Shown piece after piece: positions 47,588 to 59,027 of a stretch of 64,000 bases of DNA; within the stretch, counting starts at the first letter, position 1; each line of letters starts with the position of its first letter. The stretch covers positions 1-64,000 of the forward strand of contig CAWCTR010000010.1 of NCBI GenBank assembly GCA_963798485.1, written 5' to 3'. Both the position numbers and the translations under genes were made by a program. The notes beneath the pieces were generated by a model. The model did no database searches. It saw only the letters and a list, made by a program, of their open reading frames with translations, and had not been told where the DNA came from. Origin of the DNA: an uncultured delta proteobacterium (GTDB taxonomy: Bacteria; Desulfobacterota; Desulfomonilia; UBA1062).

Positions 47588-48919
47588 CTAGACCGCTGAC
47601 TGGCTGGAGGTCGCAGCGCTGCTTGTGGAATTGATGTAACTCCTGATACCCTCTGCAATAGTCTGGCAGGTCCACAGACGTTTTTCATCGTTCATTTCAA
47701 GCAAGGTAATCCTGAAGCCTTTTCTATCACAGCAGAATCCGGTAAGAGGCACTACACAGATACCCGTAGAGCCCAGGAGATAATAAACGAAGCGCTTGTC
47801 GACCTCTACCCCCTTGACCTTGTTCTCAATGTATTCCAAGGCCTTAGAGTTAGAGATGGGCAACGTCTGCCGGTTGTTCAGTGCTCCATCATCGAAGAGG
47901 ACCGACATGTAGAAGGCCCCCTGGGGCTTGTTCACCCTTATCCCTTCGACTCGTGAAAAGATATCCCATGCCTCTTGTGCCCTTTTCTCGTACATTAACC
48001 TCCTGGAAGTGAGATGCCCCTCATAGCGAGGGTCACCCATGACCAGAGGGATGGAATATTGAGGCAGGCTCGTGGAGCAGACTTCCAGCATCTTGGCATT
48101 GATGAGACTTTTGATATATCGCTTGAAATGAAGTTTATCCTGATTAAAAACCTCAATCCACCCGCACCGGGCCCCCGGCCAGGGAAATTCCTTGGATATG
48201 CCCCGAAGGGCAATACCCGGAACGTCTGCAATAACCTCACTCAAATGGGCTGTCTCGGCGCCGCCATAGACGAGTTTGTTATAGGTCTCATCGCAGACCA
48301 TAAACACCTTATAGCGTCTGGCTATCTCCACCATCTTGCGAAGAAGTTCTCTGGGGTAAACAGCACCGGTGGGATTGTCCGGGTTAATAATGAGAATGCC
48401 TGCGATGGAGTCGTTGTATTTAATCTTATTCTCCAGATCAACAAGGTCCGGCATCCATCGGTTGTTCGGATCGAGTTCGTAGGTGAGGTGCTCATACCCC
48501 GAGTGGGCCGCCTCGGCGGAGGAATGTGTGGAATAAGCGGGAGACGGGCCGATCACCCTCGCTTCGCGTTTCAGATAGCCGAATATCTTGGCAATGGCGT
48601 CGCCGATACCGTCGAAGAAGATGATGTCATCCTTGGTTACCTGGTAGCCGCCACGTTTATTCACCATTTCTGCGAGAAACTGGCGTGACGATGCAACACC
48701 CTGAGTGGCCACATACCCATAGGTTTTATCCTCAGAGGCCAGCTTGATAATGATATCCTTGATCCACTGGGGGATTTTCTCACCTTTGGCGATGGGGTCG
48801 CCGATGTTCTCCCAAGTGATCTCCACACCAAGCCTCTGGAGGTCTTCGGCTACGGCAACGATCTGCCGGATTTCATAGGTGAGCTGTTCCGCTCCTTCAT
48901 GTACTATATTTCTTCTCAT
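47588..48919 (-). CDS. Class I/II PLP aminotransferase (AlaA-like)
   Basis: NIGDP, NPDNPTG, DETY, SKEFPWPGARCGW. Confidence 0.88.
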   Translation of the reverse strand: MRRNIVHEGAEQLTYEIRQIVAVAEDLQRLGVEITWENIGDPIAKGEKIPQWIKDIIIKLASEDKTYGYVATQGVASSRQFLAEMVNKRGGYQVTKDDIIFFDGIGDAIAKIFGYLKREARVIGPSPAYSTHSSAEAAHSGYEHLTYELDPNNRWMPDLVDLENKIKYNDSIAGILIINPDNPTGAVYPRELLRKMVEIARRYKVFMVCDETYNKLVYGGAETAHLSEVIADVPGIALRGISKEFPWPGARCGWIEVFNQDKLHFKRYIKSLINAKMLEVCSTSLPQYSIPLVMGDPRYEGHLTSRRLMYEKRAQEAWDIFSRVEGIRVNKPQGAFYMSVLFDDGALNNRQTLPISNSKALEYIENKVKGVEVDKRFVYYLLGSTGICVVPLTGFCCDRKGFRITLLEMNDEKRLWTCQTIAEGIRSYINSTSSAATSSQSAV

Positions 48920-49080
48920 GGTCGTTGTCTCCCCTTAGCCTGAATTTTCAGGCCGATAAGCCTATTCAGGGGGTATCTTTCTTTCGATACATAAACAAAA
49001 GACCCGGCAAATGCAATGTGTTTCTTTAAACATAATCCTCCATGTTGGTCTTCCATATGACAGAGTATAAACAAGATTTC

Positions 49081-50529
49081 TCATGAGCGGGTAATAGATG
49101 GCAAGAGAGGCACTAAATCCTTATCAACAGAATTATTATCTTGCGAAGGAGTTGCCTTATCCCAGAGTTCCATCTTGATAAATACATCCACACAGTCTGG
49201 ACAGAGTTGGCTGCCGCTTACCTGCTGGATGATGGCCAGGGCTTGGTCCTTTGGCATACCTGCCCTGTATGGACGGTCGCTTGTAAGCGCATGGTATGTA
49301 TCTCCAACAGCGGTGATTCTTGCCCAAAGAGGTATCGATGAACCCTGGAGTCCCTCCGGATAGCCTTTCCCATCAAAACGTTCATGGTGATAGAGAACTA
49401 TCGGGATGATCGGTGCAAGAGAAGGGACAGGCCTTAGAATCTCCGCACCGATGACAGGGTGTTTTTTGATAATGGCGAACTCTTCATCCGTGAGCTTGCC
49501 GGGCTTGAGCAACACGCTGTCGATAACACCGATCTTGCCAAGGTCGTGCAGTTTGCCCCCAAGCCGGATAAGCTCGATCTCCTTTTCACAGATGCCCATC
49601 TGAAATGCAATCTTGGTGGCGATATCGGATACTGCCTCAGAATGGCCCCTGGTGTAGGAATCTCTGGCCTCCAGTGCGTTGCATAGGCTCGTAATACTTG
49701 CCAGGATAAGCCTCTGCTCGATTTCGAGACGCTCCTTCTCCTTCTGGAGGAGCAGGAGCTGGTCAGAGAGAAGTTTTTCAATCGTTATTACAAGCTGTTC
49801 AACATTAAATGGTTTCACGAGATAAGAATCAGCCCCGAGCTGGAGCATACGCCTCATAATAGGTCGCTGGTTGTTTGCGCTCATAACCACAAAGGGTATG
49901 GTGGCGAGTACAGGGTCGGCGTGAACGGCCTGACAGAAGGCCTCGCCATTCATCTCAGGCATGACGATGTCGCTGAGAATAAGATCGGGTTTTTTGTGCC
50001 GAAGGAGGTCTAAGGCTACTTTACCGTTTTCTGCCTGGATGATGGTAAACCCCACATCTTTGAGGCTCTTGCTGACCAGGGAACGAACCGTAAGAGAATC
50101 ATCCACGACCAGTATCAAACGTCCCCTCTGGAAGGTTGCCTTGAGGAGCACGTTCCCAATTGCATCGAGCAGGGCCTCTTTTGTCTGCGATTTTGGAATA
50201 CAGGCGGTTGCCCCTGCATGATATCCTCTCTGGATGCCGTCTTCGGTATTGAGTGAGTCGAGAATGATAACGGGTATCTGTTGGGTCTTCTGGTTTGTCT
50301 TTATCTTTCTACACAGCTCGATACCGCCGATCTTGGGAAGGTCGTCCTCGGCAATCACAAGGTCGATATCCCCCGATGATATATAGCCAAATGCTTGTTC
50401 GCCATCATCGGCTAGCGTTATGAGCGCACCTGACTTACCGAGTTCTCCTGAAAGGAACCTCCGGACTACTGCACTTGAATCTGCAACGAGGATATGGATA
50501 CCCTTCGGTAGGTCAAGGTTGTTCGTCAT
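49081..50529 (-). CDS. Dual-receiver HD-GYP c-di-GMP phosphodiesterase
   Basis: Two REC domains; HDLGK, HHERFDGKGYP, RPYR. Confidence 0.9.
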   Translation of the reverse strand: MTNNLDLPKGIHILVADSSAVVRRFLSGELGKSGALITLADDGEQAFGYISSGDIDLVIAEDDLPKIGGIELCRKIKTNQKTQQIPVIILDSLNTEDGIQRGYHAGATACIPKSQTKEALLDAIGNVLLKATFQRGRLILVVDDSLTVRSLVSKSLKDVGFTIIQAENGKVALDLLRHKKPDLILSDIVMPEMNGEAFCQAVHADPVLATIPFVVMSANNQRPIMRRMLQLGADSYLVKPFNVEQLVITIEKLLSDQLLLLQKEKERLEIEQRLILASITSLCNALEARDSYTRGHSEAVSDIATKIAFQMGICEKEIELIRLGGKLHDLGKIGVIDSVLLKPGKLTDEEFAIIKKHPVIGAEILRPVPSLAPIIPIVLYHHERFDGKGYPEGLQGSSIPLWARITAVGDTYHALTSDRPYRAGMPKDQALAIIQQVSGSQLCPDCVDVFIKMELWDKATPSQDNNSVDKDLVPLLPSITRS

Positions 50530-50752
50530 ATCCTCATCTCAAAAACCTGATAAGACACTTGTTATCACTATACTTTTCATGTCAAACCTTATAGAGGCAC
50601 AATTTATCCACACCTCTTTTCCCCTATCGGAAAAAAAATGCGGTTTCATGAGATAAAGTCATTTAATGAAAAAGACTTATAAAGAGAAAGACCGCCTCTT
50701 CTTACATCCATAGAGGTCCGGCAGGCAAGTGCCCGTTGTAAGGAGTCAATGT

Positions 50753-51817
50753 TTATACATCCCGGGGTATTGTCTGGCCTATCCTTGTCTTGAGGACGGC
50801 ATGGAGAAGTGTCGCCAGAGGAATGGCAAAGACCAGGCCCCAGAAGCCCCAAAGTCCACCAAAGATAAGGATTGAGATGATGATCGCTACAGGGTGGATC
50901 TTAACGACTTTTGAGAGGAGAAGTGGTGCGATAATATTCCCGTCAAGTGCATGCAGGAAGGCATAAGCTATGATGAGATAGATCATATTTGCCCCGAGGC
51001 CCCACTGGAAAAATCCTATCATGATCGTTGGAATAAACAGGACTGCGGCGCCTATATAGGGGACCAGAACGGCCAACCCAATGAACAGTGACATGATCAC
51101 TGAATATTTCAATCCGAGAAGTGCAAAGGCTGCATAATTAATACTCCATACAAAGAGTATCTCGAGTATTTTACCCCTGAGGTAGTTGAAAAACTGCTTG
51201 TAGACCTCTTCCCACACCTTTATTGCCAATCCGCGTTCCTCTGGGAGATGTATCCGTATCCAATCTAGGATGAGTTCTTTATCCTTGAGGAAGAAGAATA
51301 CGAGGAAGGGTACTAGGATCAAATAGATAATGATTCCGATTATCCCCCGGACAGAATAAACGGATATCTGAATGATGCTCTTTCCAAGATTGTCGAACCC
51401 GGTATCCGGCAGCGCAATGACCTGGTTGATCCTCTCTTCGGAGATGACACCAGGGAATTTTTGTGGAAGGAAGAGCAACTCGCTTTTTATCCTCAATAGT
51501 ATGGATGGCAGATCGTGTGCAAGCTGGCCTATCTGGTGGGAGATCAGGGGGAGCAGGATAACCAGCAGGTCCAGGAACAGGGCCAGAAAGAGCAAAAATA
51601 CAAGATAGACACCTGCTTGGCGACGCACATGATAGCGTTTTAGCCATTCAATTATGTTGTCCAACAGTAGCGCTATGATGATGGACACAAACACCGGCAT
51701 GAGCATCTTGCCGAATATAAAGATAAGGAAGAATCCGACCAGGATAAAAATAATGAGGATCATGAACTGCGGGTCAGAAAAATACTGATTATGCCATCTG
51801 CGTAGGACTTGCTTCAT
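50753..51817 (-). CDS. AI-2E family transporter (PerM-like)
   Basis: VPYIGA, LDGNIIAP, HPVAII..FGGLWG..G..FAIP. Confidence 0.88.
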   Translation of the reverse strand: MKQVLRRWHNQYFSDPQFMILIIFILVGFFLIFIFGKMLMPVFVSIIIALLLDNIIEWLKRYHVRRQAGVYLVFLLFLALFLDLLVILLPLISHQIGQLAHDLPSILLRIKSELLFLPQKFPGVISEERINQVIALPDTGFDNLGKSIIQISVYSVRGIIGIIIYLILVPFLVFFFLKDKELILDWIRIHLPEERGLAIKVWEEVYKQFFNYLRGKILEILFVWSINYAAFALLGLKYSVIMSLFIGLAVLVPYIGAAVLFIPTIMIGFFQWGLGANMIYLIIAYAFLHALDGNIIAPLLLSKVVKIHPVAIIISILIFGGLWGFWGLVFAIPLATLLHAVLKTRIGQTIPRDV

Positions 51818-51894
51818 TTTGCCTCAACGCTAAAAATCTCTAAGGTGATGAAAACATAATGTAGAGTATTCAAAATTGGGAAGGGAGAATAGTA

Positions 51895-51937
51895 TGCAGA
51901 GGGCTCGGGGGCAAAGCAGCCCCTCGAGCCCTCTGCA
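51895..51937. terminator. Strong hairpin downstream of the chalcone isomerase-like gene
   Basis: TGCAGAGGGCTCG...CGAGCCCTCTGCA; no clear U-tract. Confidence 0.5.
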
Positions 51938-51951
51938 GGCAGTTTCAAAAC

Positions 51952-52515
51952 CTACTTGCCGAGCATAGCCTCTTTCAACGATTCCTGGGCAGGTTTGTTG
52001 CAGAGCCAGATGCCGAACAGGGCCTTTTTAAAATCAAGTCCCTGGATCGTAGAAACCATCTGCCCATTCTTATACATCTCTACACCCTTGCCGGGCACAT
52101 AGACAAAATCATAGACAATGCCAGAGGCAATCTCTTTGAAGACAGCGGTAAAGGCATCAATCTTGGCCTTGATCGGGGCGACATTCCCGCCGGTGGAGTT
52201 CTCGAAACCTTCATTGATAGCATTTTTCATCTTGTCGGCGGTTACCAGTCCGGATGTAACCTGCAGCTTGATGGCCATAGGCTCGTCAGCATCGATGATC
52301 TTCTGGGCATCATTATCCTTCTGCTTGAGATACAGGGCTGCCACATACACCTTCATCATAAACTTGGTGCGTTTGGCGCCGCCATTGAAAACAAGATCCT
52401 GTCCTCCGGCCTTGATGGTGTCAGGCATCTTGATACCGGCCACATCTATGGCAAAAGCCGATGTGGATAAAAAGAGCATTGCGAACAGTATGACAAAAGC
52501 TTTCCTTAGAATCAT
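51952..52515 (-). CDS. Chalcone isomerase-like periplasmic protein
   Basis: NGGAKR.KF..KVYVAALY, FKKALFGIWL. Confidence 0.85.
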   Translation of the reverse strand: MILRKAFVILFAMLFLSTSAFAIDVAGIKMPDTIKAGGQDLVFNGGAKRTKFMMKVYVAALYLKQKDNDAQKIIDADEPMAIKLQVTSGLVTADKMKNAINEGFENSTGGNVAPIKAKIDAFTAVFKEIASGIVYDFVYVPGKGVEMYKNGQMVSTIQGLDFKKALFGIWLCNKPAQESLKEAMLGK

Positions 52516-52723
52516 ATTACCCTCCTCGTTATATTGGGATTACCGCTTACGGGATAAGCGTCAACATAGCACATATGCAACGGGCTTGAGTATAGTAAAC
52601 TCAATACCCATACTGCATGTATTCTTAATACCTCGATACTGCAATTATTATCAAGAAGGAAACACATGCACCTTGTTGAACGGCCCTGGTAGTTATTTCC
52701 ATTCGGTTAAACCCGGGCATAGG

Positions 52724-53635
52724 TTAAAAACAAGGCAATTTTAAGGGAGGTCCGATCTGGGAAGAGTCCTTTACTCCAAGCGCCTTGTATATCCCCAGGG
52801 TCGCATAGGCGTTGTTGAGTGTGTAGAAATGAACACCCCTGACCTTATTCTCGATGAGGTCTCGGACTTGATTGGTTGCCCATTCAATACCGATCTTCTC
52901 TATAACTTCTGTGGATTCGGCCTGGTTGACAGCCCTCATAAGCCTTGCAGGAAAACGCGCCCCTGCTGCCAGCTCGGCCATCCGGATCATGCCGTTTTTC
53001 GTGATTATGGGCATGATGCCGGCAATGATCGGGATGTTAATACCTGCGAGGTCACATCGTTCACAAAAATCATAAAAATCCCTGTTATCGAAAAAAAGTT
53101 GCGTTATGATGTAGTCAGCACCGGAATCCACCTTGGCCTTTAGGTAATCGATCTCCTTGAGCCTGTTGGGTGTCTCGGGATGGCCCTCAGGGAAGCCTGC
53201 AACCCCGATGCTTATAAAGGGAAAGTGTTTCTTGATGAATGTGACGAGGTCAGAGGCATGAGCGAAACCATTAGGCGGTGCAGACCAGGTGCAGAAGCCT
53301 ACAGGAGGATCCCCTCTGAGTGCAAGGATGTTTTCTATGCCGTTGTCTGTATAACGGGTTAATATTTTTAAGATATCTTCCTGGGTGGATTCCACACAGG
53401 TAAGGTGGGAAACAACGGTGAGGTCAGTTTCTCTCTTTATGCGCATGACCAGTTGGTGCGTGTTCTCGCGGGTTGATCCGCCGGCGCCGTACGTGACGCT
53501 TACCCATGAAGGTTTAAGAGGCGTAAGGTCGGATATAGTATGAAAAAGGTGCTCCCATGCGGCATCGTTCCTGGGTGGAAAGAATTCAAAACTGAATGTG
53601 GGCCCCGTATTATTAAGGATACTTTTTACGAGCAT
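52724..53635 (-). CDS. metF: 5,10-methylenetetrahydrofolate reductase
   Basis: SFEFFPP, SVTYGAGG, LALRGDPP, ITQLFFD, HFYTLN. Confidence 0.95.
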   Translation of the reverse strand: MLVKSILNNTGPTFSFEFFPPRNDAAWEHLFHTISDLTPLKPSWVSVTYGAGGSTRENTHQLVMRIKRETDLTVVSHLTCVESTQEDILKILTRYTDNGIENILALRGDPPVGFCTWSAPPNGFAHASDLVTFIKKHFPFISIGVAGFPEGHPETPNRLKEIDYLKAKVDSGADYIITQLFFDNRDFYDFCERCDLAGINIPIIAGIMPIITKNGMIRMAELAAGARFPARLMRAVNQAESTEVIEKIGIEWATNQVRDLIENKVRGVHFYTLNNAYATLGIYKALGVKDSSQIGPPLKLPCF

Positions 53636-53683
53636 AATTCACCTTTTGTATTCTCTTCCAAGTCAACAAAACCCCTGGTGGCC

Positions 53684-54691
53684 TTAGTATCCGTGAGGAT
53701 TGTTTGACTGCCATCTCCATGTATCTATACACATTTCTTCAATCCCTCGCTTGGCAGCCCAGCCGAGCTCCCTGTTCGCCTTGGAGGGATCTGCAAAACA
53801 GGCCGCAATGTCTCCATCTCTCCTCCCCACGATTTGAAAGCGTATCTTTCTGCTGCAGGCCTTCTCAAAGGCACTCACTACCTCTAGAACACTATACCCG
53901 CGACCCGTACCGAGATTGTATGTCATAACACCACTGCCTGCCAAGAGTCGGTCAAGGGCATAAAGATGGCCTTGTGCCAGGTCAACAACATGGATGTAGT
54001 CCCTAAGACCCGTACCATCAGGGGTAGGGTAATCATTCCCAAAGACCTTCAACTCTTGTAGTCTTCCCACCGCCACCTGGGAGATATAAGGGACTAGGTT
54101 GTTCGGTATGCCATCCGGATCTTCGCCGATGCGTCCGCTTTTATGCGCACCTATTGGGTTGAAGTATCTTAGCAGGGCTATGTTCCATGATGGGTCGGAC
54201 ACGAACAGATCCTTGAGGATTTCTTCGATCATTAACTTGGTGCGGCCATAGGGATTGGTTGGTCCAACCGGAAAGTCTTCCCGGATGGGAACAGCAGCCG
54301 GGTCGCCATAGACCGTAGCAGAAGAACTGAACACGATATTCTTCACAGAGTGTTCGGCCATTACTTCACACAGGATGAGGGTGCCGGTAATGTTGTTGTG
54401 GTAGTACTTCAAGGGTACCCGGACTGATTCACCCACGGCCTTAAGCCCTGCAAAATGAATCACCGCATCGATGTGATGCCGTGTGAATATGTCTATAAGG
54501 GCGTGTCTGTCAAGGAGATCAACAGGGTTAAATATCAGAGGTTTCCCCGTGATTTCTTGCACCCGTTTGAGGGATTCTTCCTTGGAGTTCATGAGGTTGT
54601 CAACGACAACGACTTCATGGCCTGTCTCCAAGAGTTCGAGGCAGGTATGACTCCCGATATATCCGGCTCCGCCTGTTACAAGTATCTTCAA
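53684..54691 (-). CDS. galE: UDP-glucose 4-epimerase
   Basis: [31 protein letters not shown]. Confidence 0.95.
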   Translation of the reverse strand: MKILVTGGAGYIGSHTCLELLETGHEVVVVDNLMNSKEESLKRVQEITGKPLIFNPVDLLDRHALIDIFTRHHIDAVIHFAGLKAVGESVRVPLKYYHNNITGTLILCEVMAEHSVKNIVFSSSATVYGDPAAVPIREDFPVGPTNPYGRTKLMIEEILKDLFVSDPSWNIALLRYFNPIGAHKSGRIGEDPDGIPNNLVPYISQVAVGRLQELKVFGNDYPTPDGTGLRDYIHVVDLAQGHLYALDRLLAGSGVMTYNLGTGRGYSVLEVVSAFEKACSRKIRFQIVGRRDGDIAACFADPSKANRELGWAAKRGIEEMCIDTWRWQSNNPHGY

Positions 54692-54718
54692 TGGGTTCTC
54701 CCAAGTGGAAAAGGAATC

Positions 54719-56842
54719 TTAATGGGCCACTGTTTGGGCTTGTTTTGAAGTATTCGACTTGTTCTTAATCACGAGATAATCCACCAGAATATTCCCGCTT
54801 TCAACAAGCTCGGCATCATCCTTTGCGGGTTTGGTCCGCTGAGATTCATCCTTGTCTTCATTCAATTGATCAAGATTTGTTATGGGTTTGAGCCCCTTGG
54901 CCTTTCTGAGCTTATTCTCAAGCGCAATCCTTTGTACTTCATTTGTTTTCTTTTCCTGGAGTCTTGTAGAAAGCCTCAGGGAGATCTTTTTTTTATCCCG
55001 CGCAGCTTTCAGGTACTTCATCATACCGAGGGTATAGGTGTAGTCGGGGTCATGTTGCATGCGTGTGGTATGCATGGAACGAAGCTGAGCCTTATAAGGC
55101 GAGATATCCCCAAAAACGTAGTGAGGTACGGCGCTGATGGCATCCCATGGCATGGCATCCTTGAGCGAGCTTTCGCCGATTGTGTCCTTATCGTAAAGAC
55201 TCGGATAATAGAGATCCGGGACTATACCACGGTGTTGGGTGCTTTCCCCGGAGATCCGATAGAATTTGGCTGTGGTCACTTTGAGCTGCCCGCGAGAGAG
55301 ATTGAGCAGTGTCTGAACCGTTCCTTTGCCAAAGGTGCTGTCTCCTGCGATGATCCCGCGACCATAATCCTGGATTGCGCCTGCAAATATCTCGGATGCG
55401 GATGCGCTCAACCGGCTGATAATAACTGCCAGGGGGCCTGAATAATAAGCTTTGGGGTCACGGTCATAGAGGGTCTCTGTCGCGCCATCAGCTGAGCGTA
55501 TAAGAACAGTAGGACCGCGCTTAATAAACAAACCCGTTAACGTGTTGGCCTCCTGCAGTGATCCTCCGCCGTTATCTCTCAGGTCGATGACAACACCATT
55601 CACATGTAGCGCTTCGAGCTCGCCTAATATACGTTTTACATCCCTTGTTGTGCTTTTGTAGTCCTCGCTGTCGGATTGCATTGCCCTGATATCGAGGTAA
55701 AAGGTGGGTATATGGATAATGCCTACCTTATAGGTTTTGCCGCCTCTGGTTATATCGATTACATCCTTGCTGGCAGCCTGGTCTTCAAGCCGGACCATGC
55801 CCCGCATGAGCTTTACGATCTTGGTCTGATGGTCATCACTTGCATCGGCTGGAATGATTTTGAGGCGAACCAAGGTATTTTTAGGGCCACGGATGAGATC
55901 AACGACATCATCAAGGCGCCAACCGACTACATCTGTAATCTCTCCCTCCGGCCCCTGGCCCACCCCGGTGATTTTATCATTAGGCTTGATCTGTTTGGAT
56001 TTGTCGGCAGGCCCGGCAGTAATAAGCCGCACAACCTTGGTGTGCTCGTTCTCCGTGGTGAGCATGGCGCCGATACCTTCGAGGGAAAGGCTCATATTAA
56101 TATTGAAGTTCTCGGATGATCTCGGGGAGAAATACGAGGTATGAGGGTCATAGCTTGTTGCCAATGAATTCATGAATACTTGGAATACGTCCTCGCTCGT
56201 GTTTTGGCGGAGACGCTTGAGTTGGCTCCAGTAGCGTTTCGATAGGGTGGTGGTGATCTCGGGCATGGACTTGCCTTCAAGCTTCATATTGATAACGTCG
56301 TTCTTGAGAGCCTTGGTCCACAGTTCTTCGAGCTCGGAGCGGGAAGCAGGCCATGCTGCATTATCCCGGTCTGTTTCTAAATAGTCTGTCTTTTCTAAGT
56401 TTATATCTTTGAGGCCGCCTTCTATCCGGCTGATGATGAAGACGAGTCTTTGTGCAATCCTTTCATCATATCTGTTGAAGATTGTGAAGGCAGGGGTTAA
56501 ATCTCCCTTCAGGAGACCGTCATCCAGCCGGTAGCGGAATGGTTCGAATTCTTTGATATCAGATGCAAGGAAATACATATGTGAAGGATCAATATCCGAC
56601 AGATATCGGTCAAAGACCTTGCTGGAGAGCGCATCGTCTATAGCGACCTTCTTGTAGTGGTTCTTTTTGAGATCCCTGAGGATCTCGGTGGTAACACGCT
56701 GGTACTCTTTTAAGGGTGTAATCTCTTTTATATAGTCCGATGGTTTAAGGGAATCGGATGCCAGCGGTTCGCTGCCGACTGCAGATATAGCAATAAGCCA
56801 CGTGATTATAAGTAAATATATGTATTTTGATTTTGTGCTCAT
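54719..56842 (-). CDS. prc: Carboxy-terminal processing protease Prc/Tsp
   Basis: DPHT, PDZ domain, DLRDNGGG, SASASEI, GKGTVQ. Confidence 0.92.
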   Translation of the reverse strand: MSTKSKYIYLLIITWLIAISAVGSEPLASDSLKPSDYIKEITPLKEYQRVTTEILRDLKKNHYKKVAIDDALSSKVFDRYLSDIDPSHMYFLASDIKEFEPFRYRLDDGLLKGDLTPAFTIFNRYDERIAQRLVFIISRIEGGLKDINLEKTDYLETDRDNAAWPASRSELEELWTKALKNDVINMKLEGKSMPEITTTLSKRYWSQLKRLRQNTSEDVFQVFMNSLATSYDPHTSYFSPRSSENFNINMSLSLEGIGAMLTTENEHTKVVRLITAGPADKSKQIKPNDKITGVGQGPEGEITDVVGWRLDDVVDLIRGPKNTLVRLKIIPADASDDHQTKIVKLMRGMVRLEDQAASKDVIDITRGGKTYKVGIIHIPTFYLDIRAMQSDSEDYKSTTRDVKRILGELEALHVNGVVIDLRDNGGGSLQEANTLTGLFIKRGPTVLIRSADGATETLYDRDPKAYYSGPLAVIISRLSASASEIFAGAIQDYGRGIIAGDSTFGKGTVQTLLNLSRGQLKVTTAKFYRISGESTQHRGIVPDLYYPSLYDKDTIGESSLKDAMPWDAISAVPHYVFGDISPYKAQLRSMHTTRMQHDPDYTYTLGMMKYLKAARDKKKISLRLSTRLQEKKTNEVQRIALENKLRKAKGLKPITNLDQLNEDKDESQRTKPAKDDAELVESGNILVDYLVIKNKSNTSKQAQTVAH

Positions 56843-56945
56843 GTGAGTTCAGCCAGTGAGTGCATAGTGTGTGCGCTTATATAGCAACTCTATCGGCAAA
56901 ACACAATGCCAGGTTAGATACAGGCACTGGGAAGATGAGATTTTT

Positions 56946-56972
56946 CATATAAATCATATAAATCATATAAAT
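56946..56972. repeat. Tandem 9-mer CATATAAAT x3
   Basis: Intergenic, between the ParA-partner gene and prc. Confidence 0.8.
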
Positions 56973-57030
56973 AAGGTTGCCTTGATGCCGGAGATGCCCT
57001 GGAGCAGCCAAAAAAGAGAAGCAGCAGCTG

Positions 57031-57495
57031 TTACTCCTTTGCAAATCTTCTGATGAGATTATCTGTTATGTCCTTAAGTATAGGGACCTTCCGGAAGAAG
57101 GATGGGATTTTGAGTTTTACCTCAATTACAGGCATGTTCTCCTCACCAGTCCCGTCATGGGCCCCAATTCCTTTTTCGGGCGTAGAGCTGAAAGAAACCT
57201 TCACCTGGAGCCTCTTTGTGCCGGCCGATACCTGGTTATTCACCGGGGAGATCAAGGATATAGTGGAGGGTTTCTGCTCATCGTTGCCGCTAATTCCCTG
57301 GATGTGCTCTATATGTTCAACGATCTCGAAGGCCTTGATCATTTGTTTGTTCCTGGCTGAGTCCGCAGGGGTCTTATCTGTATTTTCGTTTGATCTGAGG
57401 TCCTGGCTTGATGAGAGAATCTCGTCGGGTTTTTCTTTAACCGTGGCCTGATTTTCATTCAACCTTTTTCTTTTTCTTGGCAGTGACATAGTCAT
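57031..57495 (-). CDS. Hypothetical protein coupled to the ParA gene
   Basis: Overlaps the ParA 3' end; low-complexity N-terminus. Confidence 0.5.
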   Translation of the reverse strand: MTMSLPRKRKRLNENQATVKEKPDEILSSSQDLRSNENTDKTPADSARNKQMIKAFEIVEHIEHIQGISGNDEQKPSTISLISPVNNQVSAGTKRLQVKVSFSSTPEKGIGAHDGTGEENMPVIEVKLKIPSFFRKVPILKDITDNLIRRFAKE

Positions 57496-58204
57496 TCTCC
57501 ATCAAGGTGGTAATGGTTTTTGCGATCTCTTCCATATCATGAACTGCAATGAGGGTTTGTTTGTGATGCCTTTTATTTGTGCTGACTGACAGGGAATATT
57601 CACCCAACGTGATACCTTCACGATTGAAATTCTCATAAACGGTTCTAGCCGGATAGGTTATGTTCAGACATCCCACGTTTGGAGGAAGGATTGCAGTGAA
57701 ATAATCCGCTATTGTCTTCGTATTGGCCTTGGGGTGGGTAAAGGATGGGAGCACAAAAAAATTCCCCTTCCTTTTCGGATCGATCTTGATGACCTCCTTG
57801 ATGATTGGGTAGAGATTATCTGCAAAGGCCGCCTCATCGTTGGTGGAGGTCCTCATGGGTATGACAACCAGGTCAGATACGGCACAGGCAAAACGGGTAT
57901 GAAGCTTGCCTGTGCTCTCCCCGGGTATGTCCATGACAATGAGATCGTTGTGGGCTGAAATGGATTTGATCCCATCTGCAAAGACCTCTTTCTGGGTGCT
58001 GGATATATGATGGAATGACACGCCCGGCGATTTTCTCCCGAGTTCTGTGCGCTCATCCCACCATGCCCGAAGAGTTCCCTGGGGATCCAATTCTACCAGC
58101 GCAATGGAACGAAACATTCCATTAATATATTTTGAGAATGCAATATTCAACGCCAGCGTGCTTTTCCCGGTTCCGCCCTTGGTCTGGACAAAGCTGATGA
58201 TCAT
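57455..58204 (-). CDS. Orphan ParA family ATPase
   Basis: Deviant Walker A KGGTGKST, DPQG, MDIPG. Confidence 0.85.
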   Translation of the reverse strand: MIISFVQTKGGTGKSTLALNIAFSKYINGMFRSIALVELDPQGTLRAWWDERTELGRKSPGVSFHHISSTQKEVFADGIKSISAHNDLIVMDIPGESTGKLHTRFACAVSDLVVIPMRTSTNDEAAFADNLYPIIKEVIKIDPKRKGNFFVLPSFTHPKANTKTIADYFTAILPPNVGCLNITYPARTVYENFNREGITLGEYSLSVSTNKRHHKQTLIAVHDMEEIAKTITTLMENDYVTAKKKKKVE

Positions 58205-58327
58205 GATCTCCCCTGCATGATTATCTTACCGCACTATACCCACCTCAACTTTTACGAGATAGCCCCATGGGTGTCAAGGAACAATACGCATTGAATAAAA
58301 GGATGGTATAGGCCTTTGTCATGTGGT

Positions 58328-58654
58328 TCATCTGCATACGGTTTCAATCCAGTTTAAGTATTTTTCCAGCCCCCCGGTTGCGGGGACCATTAAAATTTCA
58401 GGCACTTCATAAGGGTGGTTTCTTGAGATGAAATCCTCGATACTGTTATAGAGGGAACTCTTTGTTTTGATAAGGAGGAGCCGTTCCTCTTCTTTGCAGA
58501 TCTCCCCCTTCCATTCGTAAAAACTCCTAATGGGCATTATCTGTACACATGCAGCGAGCCTGCTTTCAATAAGGGATCGGGAGAGCATCTCTGCATGACC
58601 ATCGTTTGGACATGAGCAGAAAACAATACAATATCGTTCTTTATCAGGCATCAT
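58328..58654 (-). CDS. cutA: Divalent cation tolerance protein CutA
   Basis: LAACVQ..SFYEWKG..E..LLIKT..HPYEVPEI; AGGAGG RBS. Confidence 0.92.
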   Translation of the reverse strand: MMPDKERYCIVFCSCPNDGHAEMLSRSLIESRLAACVQIMPIRSFYEWKGEICKEEERLLLIKTKSSLYNSIEDFISRNHPYEVPEILMVPATGGLEKYLNWIETVCR

Positions 58655-59027
58655 CGGCTTGTCCTCCTGAAAGTAATTATTCTGGAACAACCCTTGTATG
58701 TCAAGCAGGTGTACACGGGACTCGGGCGCCCCAGGATCGGATGGGATATCGATCATTGAGTTGAAGTGTTGCCATGACACTGGAAATCACGGCCCGCGCC
58801 CTCTTGAGCGTTATTCAATTTCAAGGCGTTCAGTAAAATCAACTAATCAAATTTTCTACGTATTAAAAAGAACTCTTGATTCATTTGTCAGATAATTGAA
58901 TACTAGAATACTACGCACTGTATTACAAACCTATAATAAGAAGTATTAGATTTGTATGATGAGACGACAAGATAAGAAAATCACACCACTATGCGGTGTA
59001 TAATAAACCAACAGGAGGGGGATTAAG

